The notes under the pieces were generated by a model, which had not been told where the DNA came from, made no database searches, and was given only the letters and a program-made list of their open reading frames with translations. Source: Lingula anatina (lineage: Eukaryota > Animalia > Brachiopoda). From it: DNA of 64,000 nucleotides. Shown here one piece after another: positions 49,446-61,779 of the stretch. The stretch is taken from assembly GCA_051362555.1 (NCBI GenBank), contig CM120644.1:23892534-23956533 (forward strand), given 5' to 3'. How positions within the stretch are numbered: the first letter of the stretch is position 1; every line of letters begins with the position of its first letter. Both the position numbers and the translations under genes were made by a program.

Positions 49446-50958
49446 TCTCGTATCACATCAACTACATCTGCATTGTAGCTCTCCACTTAGTCTAGCATAC
49501 CCCCCTGATTTCTGCAGGTCCATGTATTATGTAGTGTTACTCATGGATGACTTGTCACAGAACTGGATAGTGTCTGTCTCCTTTCTTCATAGTGAAAACA
49601 ATAACTGCTGCTGCTACTGAATGTCTTGTTACAAAACAGAGATCTGTTCTCATAGTGGTATGCATTAAAGAAAAGGCAATCCTTCGGTGGTAGTTCCTTG
49701 AATTTCTAAGACTTTTATTGCAGTCACTCAGGTTTGAATTCCTGGTTTTCCTATTATAATGTCAACTTTACTTCCATCAATATACGACCTTTATGATGCT
49801 CCATTGTTAAGCAAACTGAAAAAAAAAAATAATAAAAAAATGAAGTCAAAGTACCGGTATTTGTACCTTCTTTTAGAGCAGCAATGAATGAGGGTAAAAA
49901 CTTACCGCACAAGACCCGGTGTTGCGTATGCTGCTTGGAGCGTGAACCATCGGTTCTGCTCATGCGCACAAAGCACAGGCAAATCTGAAAGACTTCCTGT
50001 ATGTACAGCCAGTCTCTATCGAGTCATCAATACATTCTTAGCCTGTAATAAACATGCTCTGTTGAGAACATACTGCAAATTCAAATATAATCTTTAGAAG
50101 TATTCATATCTTATAGTCTTATAGATGTTTACATCTACTGGGATTTCCCTCAGCTAGCCATATATCAACATACTTGCCTATTAAAATCAATACTAAAGTA
50201 GTACGCCGACAGCTGAATAACGACGGTCGGTCCATGGTAGGTTCATCCGTGCGTTGAACTGTAGGCCTAACCTAATATGACTCTGGTTCTCTTTCAAAAT
50301 TATCAATTAACAAATGAATCACACCTCGAAATATCCCCATCAAAGTTAATGTATAATGAGGTAGAAAATTGAACAAGCCGAATATAACAGTAGGCCTATA
50401 GGTGAATAACAACGGATCATTCGCGGAACGTCGCGTCCGCTGCGTGTAGAATCGGTCAGGACGGATGGTTCACGCAGAACGGACAGTACACGTGACACCG
50501 TATTTGAATGCTGAAATAAATGACACTAAGCTCCCCTGCCCTGGGGATATAAATAACAACTGCTCGGAATGAATTGCTTATGGTATAACTGTTAGCTTGA
50601 CTAAACTTACTGACGAACTTACTCCTAAACTTCTTTCAGTAATTCACCGTGATGATATTCGACCCTTTTTGCTTATAATCGTAAAAAAATAATTGTACTC
50701 TCTTCTTCTCTGTTACAAAGAGCCGAGGTGTCGAAAAGGGTATACCACTCGTATTCGATACTATCCGTCTCATTAACTCCAGGACAAGCCACATTGTAAT
50801 TCATCAGCGGGGTGTCTCAGGATTGCGGACGTACGCTAGGTTTAAAGCGAAGAAAGGTTAGATAATAAAACATAAAAAAGAAAACTCCCTACTTCTCCAA
50901 TGACCTCCGCAATAAATTGATTTTCGTAAACAAACCTTACTCAGGCCGATAGCCGAAT

Positions 50959-50960
<2 letters not shown>

Positions 50961-50997
<37 letters not shown>

Positions 50998-51012
50998 AGG
51001 GGTTAGGGGGGG
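50961..51012. repeat. Poly-G tract (~36 G) within a probable MITE fragment
   Basis: Direct reading; preceded by caggccgatagcc, similar to the MITE end at 33960. Confidence 0.8.
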
Positions 51013-52672
51013 GACGAACCTTTTTTTTTTTTTTTTGCTTTGATCAGGGAAAAGATATACTTATAATAAAACACAATGATTACAAGTATGAAGATCTGCA
51101 TAGCAAAACAAAGTAATAATCCCATCCGTAGGCCTATATGTCATAAATATAATGCATCATGAATTTCCTTTTGACAATCAGGCCAACTGTAGGCCTACAA
51201 TGTACTTGTCCAGCATTTTGTTGAATACTCGTTCATTTCACCTACTGCATGGTACATGGTCATCATCATCACTGTAAGACCTCACTATTTATTATCATGG
51301 CTTAGGTTGCATGTATTGTTGATAAGCCATGTTTATAAGAAAACATTTCATCTTCTTATCTTCTGCTACTCGAGACATAATATATAAGAATTAAAGAGTG
51401 CAGTTCAACACGTCACAATCTTCCAACAAATGGATTACAATCATTGCGTTAGGAGTGCGCCTGAAGAACAACTAAGAAATCATAATGGTCTGTGCTATTA
51501 GGTCTACTACCGCGGTGAGCATAACGTCACCTACACAAGATGTACAAGTTTGAAAGTCTAACTTTCTTAAATTAACAAGATTTTGTACTTATGTAAGAAG
51601 GTTAAACCTACGGGACATAACGACATGGTTATAATTGAGGTGTTTATTTAGAGAAGTATTTGTGTGTCAAGATATTTACTATAATTTAGGTCTACTGAGA
51701 AGTACAGAAATATCCACGACATGCATGGAGAGAACCTGAAGGTAACATAAACTTGGAAGTAAACTTGATAATAACGTAAAACACACTTGGTTAGCTAAAA
51801 TGTGACTGCAGTGGCCGAGACGACAAAGTTAATTTTATAAACTGACGGTTTACATGATAAGTTAAAATGTGCGCATAACTTTATATACACAGACTGCCTC
51901 AGCACATTTGGGCCACCCTCCCGATCAGAAATTACCTCTACCTAGACCGCATATTATATTATATTTTATGTGTGGATTTAGATGTACCTTCAATTAAACC
52001 AGAGGCATAGGTACAGTGAAATATCAATCTGCGACTGGTGGAGGATAGTGAAATACACCAAATTTGACAGAAGTAAAAAAAGACAAATATAGGTACATAT
52101 TTTAAGCTCTCTGATATTCCCTAATGTTGTATTTGAATTACTTGTAACTAAATTTAGGAGAAAAAAGTGTTTCTGTCACCATCATGGATCAAAATCATCG
52201 CACAGTTAACCCAGTTACAAATACCCAATGGCATAGTAGAAAAAGTTCATCAGGGCTCTATCATCTTGTCCTTTCTAGTTTGAACAAAAAAAGGAATGAT
52301 TACAATAAGCCAAGAATGCTAGGAATATTTATGAATGATATTAAGAACGCAACCATAGGCACACAGGATATGTGAACGTAACAATGGAAGCTACGAGTAC
52401 ACGTGTAGTTAGATTATTAAAATCGACGAGATAGGTAGACTTTATTATCTACATGTTTAGTTGGTTCGAAAAGTTTAATTGGAAAGACCCCACCCCCACC
52501 CCCACCCTTTGTTGTGAAGATAAAGACCGCTTCATATGTTACTGTTTTTAGTAAATAAATCAGAATACAAATAAAACACATATGTTATGGAGTTCATACG
52601 CGTGGATAACGAGTTTTTCAGCATCCTCACTGTTTCAAAAAGCTACAAGTTCACGAAGAATGATGAATGCTT

Positions 52673-52673
<1 letters not shown>

Positions 52674-52728
<55 letters not shown>
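52674..52728. repeat. (AAT)n microsatellite
   Basis: Direct reading. Confidence 0.95.
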
Positions 52729-55700
52729 TTATTAGATAGAATTGCAACCCTAAGGTTCAAGTTGTACAAATAATTTTTAAAAGAAATTTGACAATAAACT
52801 TTAAATTATAAAACAATAAATTATTCTTAAAATACTACAAATTAAAAAGGCATCCATAAATTACTACAAGTTAAAAAGGAAATAATTAATAAAGGGATTT
52901 TTAAAACGTTCCGTCTTCATTTTTGGTTGTAAGAATTTGGTGTTGTTTCGTAAAGGGCGGGTGTTACTTGGAAATATACGAAACTTAGAGGATACGAATA
53001 TTACTGGGGTATTTTCAAACATATGGAAAAAGAACCCAGGATATCATTTTGGGGGGTAAAATCCCAGAAAGTGTTCATTTAAAGAGATGGCATTAGCATG
53101 CATCGAAAACTATTTATGGAAATAAAATATATTCATTTTTAACACCACAAAAGACGTAATTATTATGGAATGTGTGCTTGCCATCGGATCACTTGACCTC
53201 CATGGATGGTTACCCTCTACAAAAATGTGAAGAGATTATTGATAAAAAGAAGCCTGATTCCTTATGTCGGAACGGACTCATTAACCATGAGGATTTCTCC
53301 CTTTTTAGACCAAAATGAACAGTTGTGATCCATTTAAGTTAAATATTTGTGGGTAGAGGTATACTGTTAGAAAGTGCGGTTGCTGATTTAGGCCTGGTTA
53401 ACATCGCGCTGCATTCATCTCCCTGATTCACTTCAAGACCTGCAAACCATAAGCCGTAATATGTTTTTATGTGAATTTCATTTTTTTTCCTCAAGTTTTC
53501 GGACCACTCAAACAGTGAAATAATCAATGGGGGGAAATGTCAATGTAATATAAAATGTCAAAATGTGTATCCAGTTAATTATTGATATATCAGATTTTAC
53601 CATGATGTTCAACCTTGCAGCTGATACATTTATCAAAATCTATAGTAAGTCAATGTACGAACTAGGTTACAGATAAACCAGGTGGTTTAAAAGGTAAAGT
53701 AAAAGCAACAGAGAATGAGAAAGAGATAAAGAAGATAACTGTTGACCAACCGTACTATTCCACTGTTCAATTCCGTTTTAAGGACCTGACTTTAATTCAG
53801 ATTTGTGAACACGAGAAGTGTTTTGGTAAGTTGACTATATTTATATTTTTGAAAATGAATAAGTAAATGTTTTAGAAAGTGGTGAAGTGACCTGGTTGTA
53901 CCAGATTCTACTAAAGTGTTATTATGTATCCATAAACAGATGTGTTTTACACCCCATTTCCATAGATTAGATCGACCTACTTTAGATCGACCTAACTCCC
54001 TGGGGGTTCACGCTAAATAGCTGTCAGCCGGGCGGACACGAAAGTTAATTACCCCTTACAGCTTGTTGTAGGCGGGGACGGACACTTAAGGGGGATTATC
54101 TGACAGTAATCTAGTAAGACTCCCCGCGGTGATAGATCGATCTAAAGTTGTGGGAATAGACCCTTAGTCATTTGTTATTTATGTTCTTGCATACTGCAAT
54201 TCAAATGTGAACACCGCCTGAATCAAACCTAAAATGATATTTAGTAAAATTCGAAATATTTGTTTGGCTTAAGTCTTCTCCGGTTACTGTTGACCTATGT
54301 TGAATAGACCAGTAGCGTTTCTGCACCTAATGCAAATTCATTGGTATCGTAAATCGAAAAAAAAAGTGCATGTTAGATAGTAACGTCTCACACGCGATGC
54401 AAAGCCGTAATATTCTAAGCGCTTGTCGTCACTTGGCCGGATATACTTGGCACTTAGATTTAAATCGGTGATTTGGAAATCAACAAATAACTTTACTTCG
54501 GTACAAAGATTATTCTAACCACCTTTGAACATTTCAATTTCCCACATCTTTGGCACATAAAAGAGCACAAATGCAAATATAAATGGTTCTCAACTGTGTT
54601 AAATGGTTTGTAAATGCAATGAGACTTAGAATAAAGGGCATTTTATCACTCATTATTTATCTGTAGTCTACAGACATTGACACCATGCACCATTTGTAGA
54701 AGCAATGTTTTATTCCAAGACATCGTGAATACAAACATAGTATGAGAAGCTTAATGTATCAAAGGATTATTACAATTTCAAGCTGTTTTACTTGTGTTTC
54801 CTTTCAACCAGCTATGTAAAGAATGATACCAGATACTCCGTGTGAACACTAAAATTATTGCAATCATGTACTGAAGGACAATTAATGATTTTCTGAAAAG
54901 CAAATGTCATTAATTTTAGCCAAGACAGTTTTTAAGTCGTCGGATAATGTTTGTACACGCCTCTGTAAACCATTGTAAAGTCTTCATTTTGTTCCAGAAA
55001 CACGATATAATGTGCAGTAGAACGCCGTTTTCTATTTTGACTTCATCTGTCCAAATATTCGACCTCAGCTTATATTGAACGTTTTCTGCTGTCCACCGGA
55101 TGCCGATAATTTTACTGAATGAGTTCTGTTTTGTGAATTGTTTTTCATGTTTCCTAGAAATAATGAAGACAGGCAAAACAGTTAGCAAGCAAGCTAAAGG
55201 TGACACGTGTACAGGGAGTTCGAATCTTGGTAAAACATTGCTTTAGGGTCGAGTGTACGTTCTAGATACCTTTAACTTTTATCAATTCCTGTATTTCACG
55301 CCCATGATTAAAAGTAAAGATAACATATCTTCCTATTTCTTGACTTGGGTAAAAAGTTTGGTAAAATATTTGTAATACACACAATTGCCACCCAAGCTCA
55401 TAATAAACTCCATAGACTAACGAAGTTCAACTTGGATGATTCAGAGCCCAAAACGTCGAAGTTATTGAACATATAGAACATATGGAAAAGAAATCATGAA
55501 TAGAAGGGGATCGCCCTGTTTCAAATTTTAATCTAATTTTAAAAAAATATGTATTTAAGGATAGTGAGTCATTTTTCATAACGGAATCTAATGGAATGTT
55601 AATGAACCTTGCTTAAGTAGAGAGAGAGAGAAACCCGGGTATCCGAAATACATTATAGGTACAATACATAGCATATAAAACAATATACATTGTATATAAT

Positions 55701-55743
55701 TGTTGGTGGCATCCAAAATGCCACAGTGTTACTTACATAGCTT

Positions 55744-57599
55744 CTAATATCGCAGACAGGTCTGCAGATCCTCCGTGAATACAGTCTCGGCGGGGCAGGG
55801 TCTGAGTGTGGCCACCCCCTGACTGTCACACTGCCAGTAACATGTCTTGTCACCATCGTAAGCAAAGTACAGCTTTTTACTCGGTCCGTAAGTGACGGTT
55901 TCAATTCTGTAGCTGAAAGGTGTTGAAGACCAAGTGATGATAATATGCAATAATGGTGATATGTAGTGCATTTGTGGCAAACTTTACATATAATTGGACT
56001 GTTTGCTGCAGTATATCCAGAATCACATCAATACTCGTTTTCCTCCAAATGTCCACTTTTATTTATATTTACATTCCTAGGCGTAACGACCCCAGGTTAC
56101 ACAAATCTAATGCATCGTGAAACATATCTGTGAGCGATCCATCGATCCAAAGCCCCGTATACAAACGCATTTTCTTTTGTAGGACATAATCAGTGCTGTT
56201 CCAACCCCGCAATTTGGCTATAAATGGTGCGTGTACTATGAACTTGGCTTTTTTTCCGACTTTAGGGCATTCAGAACAGATAATCCGCGGATTAACTGAT
56301 CCGCTGGCTTAATATGACCGACCCCACTTGAAAAGCGATGCCGCTAAATTTCTGATGATATTCCTGCCTGATCTGGGGCCGGTTTCACAAAGCAGTAGTT
56401 AGTTAGAACAACTAACTACTGAACTACCTCGCTAACGAGCAAACTTAGCGATTTTGGAGGGGTGTTTCACGAAGCAGTCGTTAACTCATCGCTAAGTTCA
56501 GTCGTAAAGTTCGGTCGTTAGTTCTCTCGTTACTCACCGTAGTCTCGAAACCGTCTGCCGGAAGTGGAACTCTTGCGTAAATGTGTCACGAAAGCACTAA
56601 CTCTCCAATTTTTGGTGGCTGAAAATGCATAAGAACGTCTGCTTTGAGGTCGTCGTAAAGGATCTCCACCACCTTTTTGCCGCTCTTTTTGTCACAGCTA
56701 GGCGCAACCTCTCGTAAATTGCATCATCGTATGTATATTCTAAATAGATTCTGCCTTTCATGAAAACGTCGTAGTCTACGTTGCCGTCTGGAGGTACGGA
56801 TAGCAAGAAAAGTAGCCGCCATATTGGATACAAAGACAAACGACAGACAACGGTAACTAAGCAACCTTTTTATTTCACTCATTACGCATGCGTACGATGA
56901 AACTCTAGAGTTAGCGACTGGTCTGACCAGTCGTTAAATATCCAAGGTAACAACGAGACAATAACGAGCGAGAGAACTAGCGACTGCTTCGTGAAACGGC
57001 ACTATAACTAGCGAGAGGCTAACTACCGATCGCTAACTAACTACTGCTTTGTGAAACCGGCCCCTGGGCTTTTTTTCCACTTATGAAACTCAGATTTTAA
57101 AATGCTGAATATTTATTTTGCAGAAGCTTTGTTTTGGTTAAAAAATATAAATAGATAATAAAAAAGAAAAAAGTTCGTTCACGAACTGACAAAACAATAG
57201 ATAATATCTTATAAACCAACCTGATTTTTTGTCCATAGCCATCGGGACTTTTTATGGGAACCTTTTGGGTAAAAGAACCGCCAGGCAAGTATTCGTCAGG
57301 GCAAACAACTGAAATGAAATAAAATACAAATGTTTTGACCTTCCGTAATACAATGGCAAGGAAATCACACAATATTCATCAATACAGAACGAAATTAAAT
57401 TATCGTATTTTTTCAACAGTACTTGTTTTTCCTAGCAGATATAGTTATTAGTATTATTGCCAAAGATCAGAAATTACTAGGTCATAATTTTGTGTGAGGT
57501 AAACAATATATTAAGTGTATATTTTCTGCCACTTGCCGGGCATGCGTCAATGGTTAAAACTGATAATAAACTCTTAATAAGACAGACAGACACAGAAAG

Positions 57600-57630
<31 letters not shown>

Positions 57631-58540
57631 GGGGGGGGCAAAGACAACGTACATGGTTTAGTTGAATGATTTGAAGCACATCGTCTGCCCATTACCGTAG
57701 CACATGTGCATTGTCTGAAAACAAAGAAATACGCATACTTGTATATTTACATTGCCTTCGAGTTTAGCACATCTCAAATACGCAGATTTGTGAGTTCAAT
57801 AGTGGCATTGACTTTCCAAAAGAACAGGATCAGTCCATCTCCACGGGGTCTCTCGCTAAATTGCTTTCAGCTCAAGTGGCTTAGACGTCTGGGAAGCCTA
57901 CCAAAGCTGCTATAAAATATAATTAATTGCCCCCTATTAGCTTCAGTAGGCGTGACAGACATCTAAGCCGCCCAAAGTAATTGCAATTAAGCGAGAATCC
58001 CCATGGAGGTAGTTCGATTCAAAGTTAGTACGATAGGGTCTGGGAATGGTCTTTAAGTCTAGCCCCTTACAGACTTTTCAATCCAAGTGTGTCTCTGCAG
58101 AAATTAAATCAGTAATTACACGTCGTAGTACACGTATGTGACAGTACCATATAGACCTACATGTGTATAGCATGTAATATCCGTAGGATATCATGTAGAT
58201 TCTGTAAATCAGATGTATTAATTGGCATCACATGCAAGGTAAGCTGAACATCACAAACATCCATTCAGTTATAAATGGAATATAATAAAAAAATTACGGT
58301 ACATTTACCCAGCAGCTTAATTTGCCGGGTATTTACACATTGTAGTAATCGAAAGAAAACGTTTGTTGCATTTATAGCAGCGTTTCATTAATAAGGCAAT
58401 GTTGAAACCAAATGTACTGTCTCGTAAGAAAGAAGACCCCTTAGTACAAGCCATCAAAACACATGCCAATAGGCTACGACTTGCGAAACTTACAAGTAAG
58501 CTGCCGCAGCTACAACACAGAGAAACAGAGGAATCTTCAT
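55744..58540 (-). CDS. Secreted ChtBD2-like protein, paralogue D, 121 aa; exons 58494-58540, 57653-57714, 57221-57308, 55744-55912
   Basis: GT-AG exons, phases 2/1/2, 366 nt: MKIPLFLCVVAAAAY-LQCTCATVMGRRCASNHSTKP-FVCPDEYLPGGSFTQKVPIKSPDGYGQKI-SYRIETVTYGPSKKLYFAYDGDKTCYWQCDSQGVATLRPCPAETVFTEDLQTCLRY*. Confidence 0.88.
56376..57063 (-). mobile_element. Non-autonomous Harbinger element (688 bp, CTG TSD) with transposase N-terminal remnant, in intron 3 of paralogue D
   Basis: TIRs GGGCCGGTTTCACAAAGCAGTAGTTAGTTAG and exact inverse. CTG at 56373-56375 and 57064-57066. Empty site in B and C (gatatgggc). The - strand reads MAATFLAIRTSRRQRRLRRFHERQN / LEYTYDDAIYERLRL across a frameshift, resembling HARBI1-type N-termini. 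Confidence 0.88.
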
Positions 58541-58637
58541 CTCTAGAGTTTCCGGCAATCTTCGTTGATTCCTTTCGCAGAGAATACCACAGCTCTTGCT
58601 GATCCCAATAAGTGAACATCAGGAGGGTGTCTGTTCC

Positions 58638-58690
58638 CTTTTTATAGATATTTTGGATCCTTTCTCTGTAAAACACTCCCTTGGACGTCA
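58638..58690 (-). promoter_or_regulatory. TATA-box core promoter of paralogue D
   Basis: TATAAAAAG (reverse complement of 58638-58646) ~100 nt upstream of the ATG at 58540, with TGACGTCC at 58683-58690. Confidence 0.7.
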
Positions 58691-60149
58691 ATTTCAAGTC
58701 TCGGCTTATGTCTGTCCTGAGGCAAATTACATTCGATGCACGTCGATGTTGCGTAAGACACAGTCTGGTCTGTTTTATGGCATAGAATATAAAGAAGCGT
58801 TAAATGCCGGAGGCTAGATAAGAAGAAGAAGAAAAAAACTTAAAAAACGATTAAATATCAGGCATGTTTGTTTGTTTTGCCTTTCACTGGCTGACTTCAT
58901 TTCCTGTGACTGTAGCTAAAATTGTCAGCAGATCGCGGTGACGTCCCTCTGTGACTTTTTTTACATTACAGTCGACCAGGCATTGAGGGACCATTCCCAG
59001 ACCCCATCGTACTAACTGTGGATTGATCTATCTCCCAGGGGATCCTCGCTAAATGACAATCAACTTAAGCTGCTTAGATGTCTGCCACGCCTGCTGAAGC
59101 TGCTAGGTGGTAATTAACTATCGGTAAGCAGCTACAGTAGGCCTGCCAGACATCTAAGCTGTTTAAGCTGAAAACAGCGACAATTCTCTAGGAGATGGGT
59201 GGATCATGTTAGGTCGATCTAGGTATGGGAACCCTGTTTTAGTCTCACATCAGTATCTTCGGGCTCATTTCCATTGAAACTATCGGTTCTCGTAAATCGA
59301 CCCAACTCTGCTGGGAATTTCGCTAAATGCAACAAATTTAATAGATTAACATGTTTTTTTTTTTTTTTTCGTGCCGTTCGGTACACGTAGAATATAGAAA
59401 AGATGGTGATGAAACAGTATGTTGAAAGCCATGCTGTCCTTGTCTTTACATACAGATATTACGTAAGGCAGGGGCATTTTATTGATAATTAATAGCCATA
59501 AAATTCAGAATCAGTAGTCAGACATACAATTAAAACGCAATTGCACGTTCCATAATATCGCTATCTAGAGACTTGTGTGTCTTCCACCGGCTCACTCTGT
59601 GTCCTTTGGCAGAAAATATAAATTTCCAACATATTCTGGAGCCGTTCCTGACTTCTGTCACTCTACAATCGATTGTTCCGACATTAAGTTACCTTCCTGT
59701 AAACATACCAATGACTCCATTGTTACAAGTGCGTGTTACTTAGGACACATTCGGAACAAGTTGATCCGATCCACATGTAAGTAATGCCGCATAATCTCCT
59801 AATGGCCGCCTCGCCTACCACACATGCCGTCACTGCATAAGCAGAGCGATTTGATTTTTTTTTTAAACAAACCAAGCATCAGAACGAATTTTAACCTCGT
59901 ATGTAGGTCTTGCGTTGTGTATATGGTGCAGCGCTTTTTGTTTTTGTCTTCTTTTATGTATTAAAAAATTGAATAATGAACGGTAATTGGACAAGCCGGT
60001 ATGCATACACTGAAAGATATGCCAGTATGGTTGGGGTTAACAGTCACACCACAGATGATTTCAATGGGATCTTAACAGTTTTATTCTTGCTTTAGTCTAC
60101 AATCAGCTCTCGGTGTCCGAGCCTGGGTGACTTATTCTGCACTATTTAA

Positions 60150-61779
60150 GGTAGATCGGTCGTTACATGTTCCAACGTTCGAATTTAAAAAAAAAAAAAA
60201 AATTGTTTGAAGAAACACCCAAGTACATTAAAAATTTGCAAAAAAAAATTGGGGGTCACCGACCAAATAAGAGAACTAGCCCCAAATATGATACACCCTG
60301 CATATCGCACTAGTCCCCATTCAAATCAATGGGAAAATGGGTGTTTTCTCACAAAAGCATTATTTTTTATAACTTTCTGACGTTCGAATTTTAAAAAAAA
60401 AATTTTTGTGTAAAGAGGCCTCCAAGTACATTTGAATTTTACCAAAAAAATTTGGGGTTACCAACCAAATAAGAGAACTACGCCAAGTTGAAGTGCGCTA
60501 CACCCTGCGTGACGCACTAGTCCCCATTCAAATCAATGGGGAAATGGGTGTTTTTCACCAAAACGTTATTTTTTATGATTTTTCTAACGTTTGAATTTAA
60601 AAAAAAACTTTTTTGTGTAAAGAGGCATCCAAGTAGATTTTAATTTTGCCAAAAAAGTTGGGGGTCACCGACCAAATAAGAGAACTACGCCAAGTTGAAG
60701 TGCGTTACACCCTGCGTGACGCACAAGTCGGAAGTCCCCATTCAAATCAATTGGAAAATGGGTGTTTTTCACTAAATCGTTATTTTTTATGATTTTTTTT
60801 TATTTTTATTTTTTTTTTTTTTTTTTATTTTTTTTTTTTGTGTGTGTGTGTGTGAAGAGACATCTAAGTACATTTAAAACTTTCGTTATGTTTAACAGTT
60901 GAAGTGAGTATACTCAGCTATTTTCAGATTTGTCAAACTGATGAGAAGGTGTAAGCCATTAACTTTACAACAAAATTATTGAAGAGAATAATAAGGGAAA
61001 TACTCATGCATATGAAAATAGTTTATTGCCGTTGTTATTTATTAATGAATATAACATGAACGTGACATCGTAAACGCTGTGTTGTCAAGTAAAATGAAGC
61101 GTCTGATACAAAGTATCAAATGCGGCATTCACGTGCTTGCTTGCGGTGCGTTCAGTACACTTTGTTTACACTGACAAGTCAAGGTCAGAAGTGCACAATT
61201 TTTCTGTATAATATAACGCAGTTTCAATTTTGATTAGTGAATTTTCTTCAAGCTGTAGACCCTATGGCCATTTTCTGAACATTTGTATAAGCTACGAAAT
61301 ATTTCTCAGTCCAAATTTCCAAATGAGTGGCGTTACGACGCACTTCCGGTTTTCGTCGAAATCTAAACTACAGCAGCACATTCAGGGCGTTCTACCTCAA
61401 AATGTACGCAGCCGCTTTGATTGGAATTTACAACACTTATTCTTTACATGACATAGCACCTACGTGCATAATTTGTGAGCTTTAGCTGTCATACATTTTC
61501 TAGTGCCAATTCAAATTGGAAAAGGAGCTATTCCGACGATTTCTTGAAGGGCAAGTCTATGAACGTGCTACAGTTGTCGTATGGAATCATAGTCGACAAA
61601 CGTTGTCGAAAATCTGTATCGATCATACAGAGTTACAGACAAGTTGATAATGTGTGTTTATCTTATAGATAATTGTTTTATTTCCTTAAATTAATAAAAC
61701 AGACTGAAGTGTCGTTAGAGACGATTGACGATGCGCTGAAATTGCGCAAATCGTCAAATTACGTAACGACCGATCTACC
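60150..61779. mobile_element. Non-autonomous Kolobok-like DNA transposon (1.63 kb, TTAA TSD) with three internal ~208-bp tandem repeats
   Basis: TIRs GGTAGATCGGTCGTTAC / GTAACGACCGATCTACC with TTAA flanks. Empty site ctatttaagtataca at ~33036 in unit B. Internal repeats lie at ~60175-60800. Confidence 0.88.

Larger units (their letters stand above)
40090..49815. repeat. Segmental duplication unit C (chitin-binding gene C plus 16-finger ZNF locus)
   Basis: Co-linear with 26125-33240 and 54405-64000. The right boundary cannot be fixed because unit D is cut by the window end. Confidence 0.88.
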
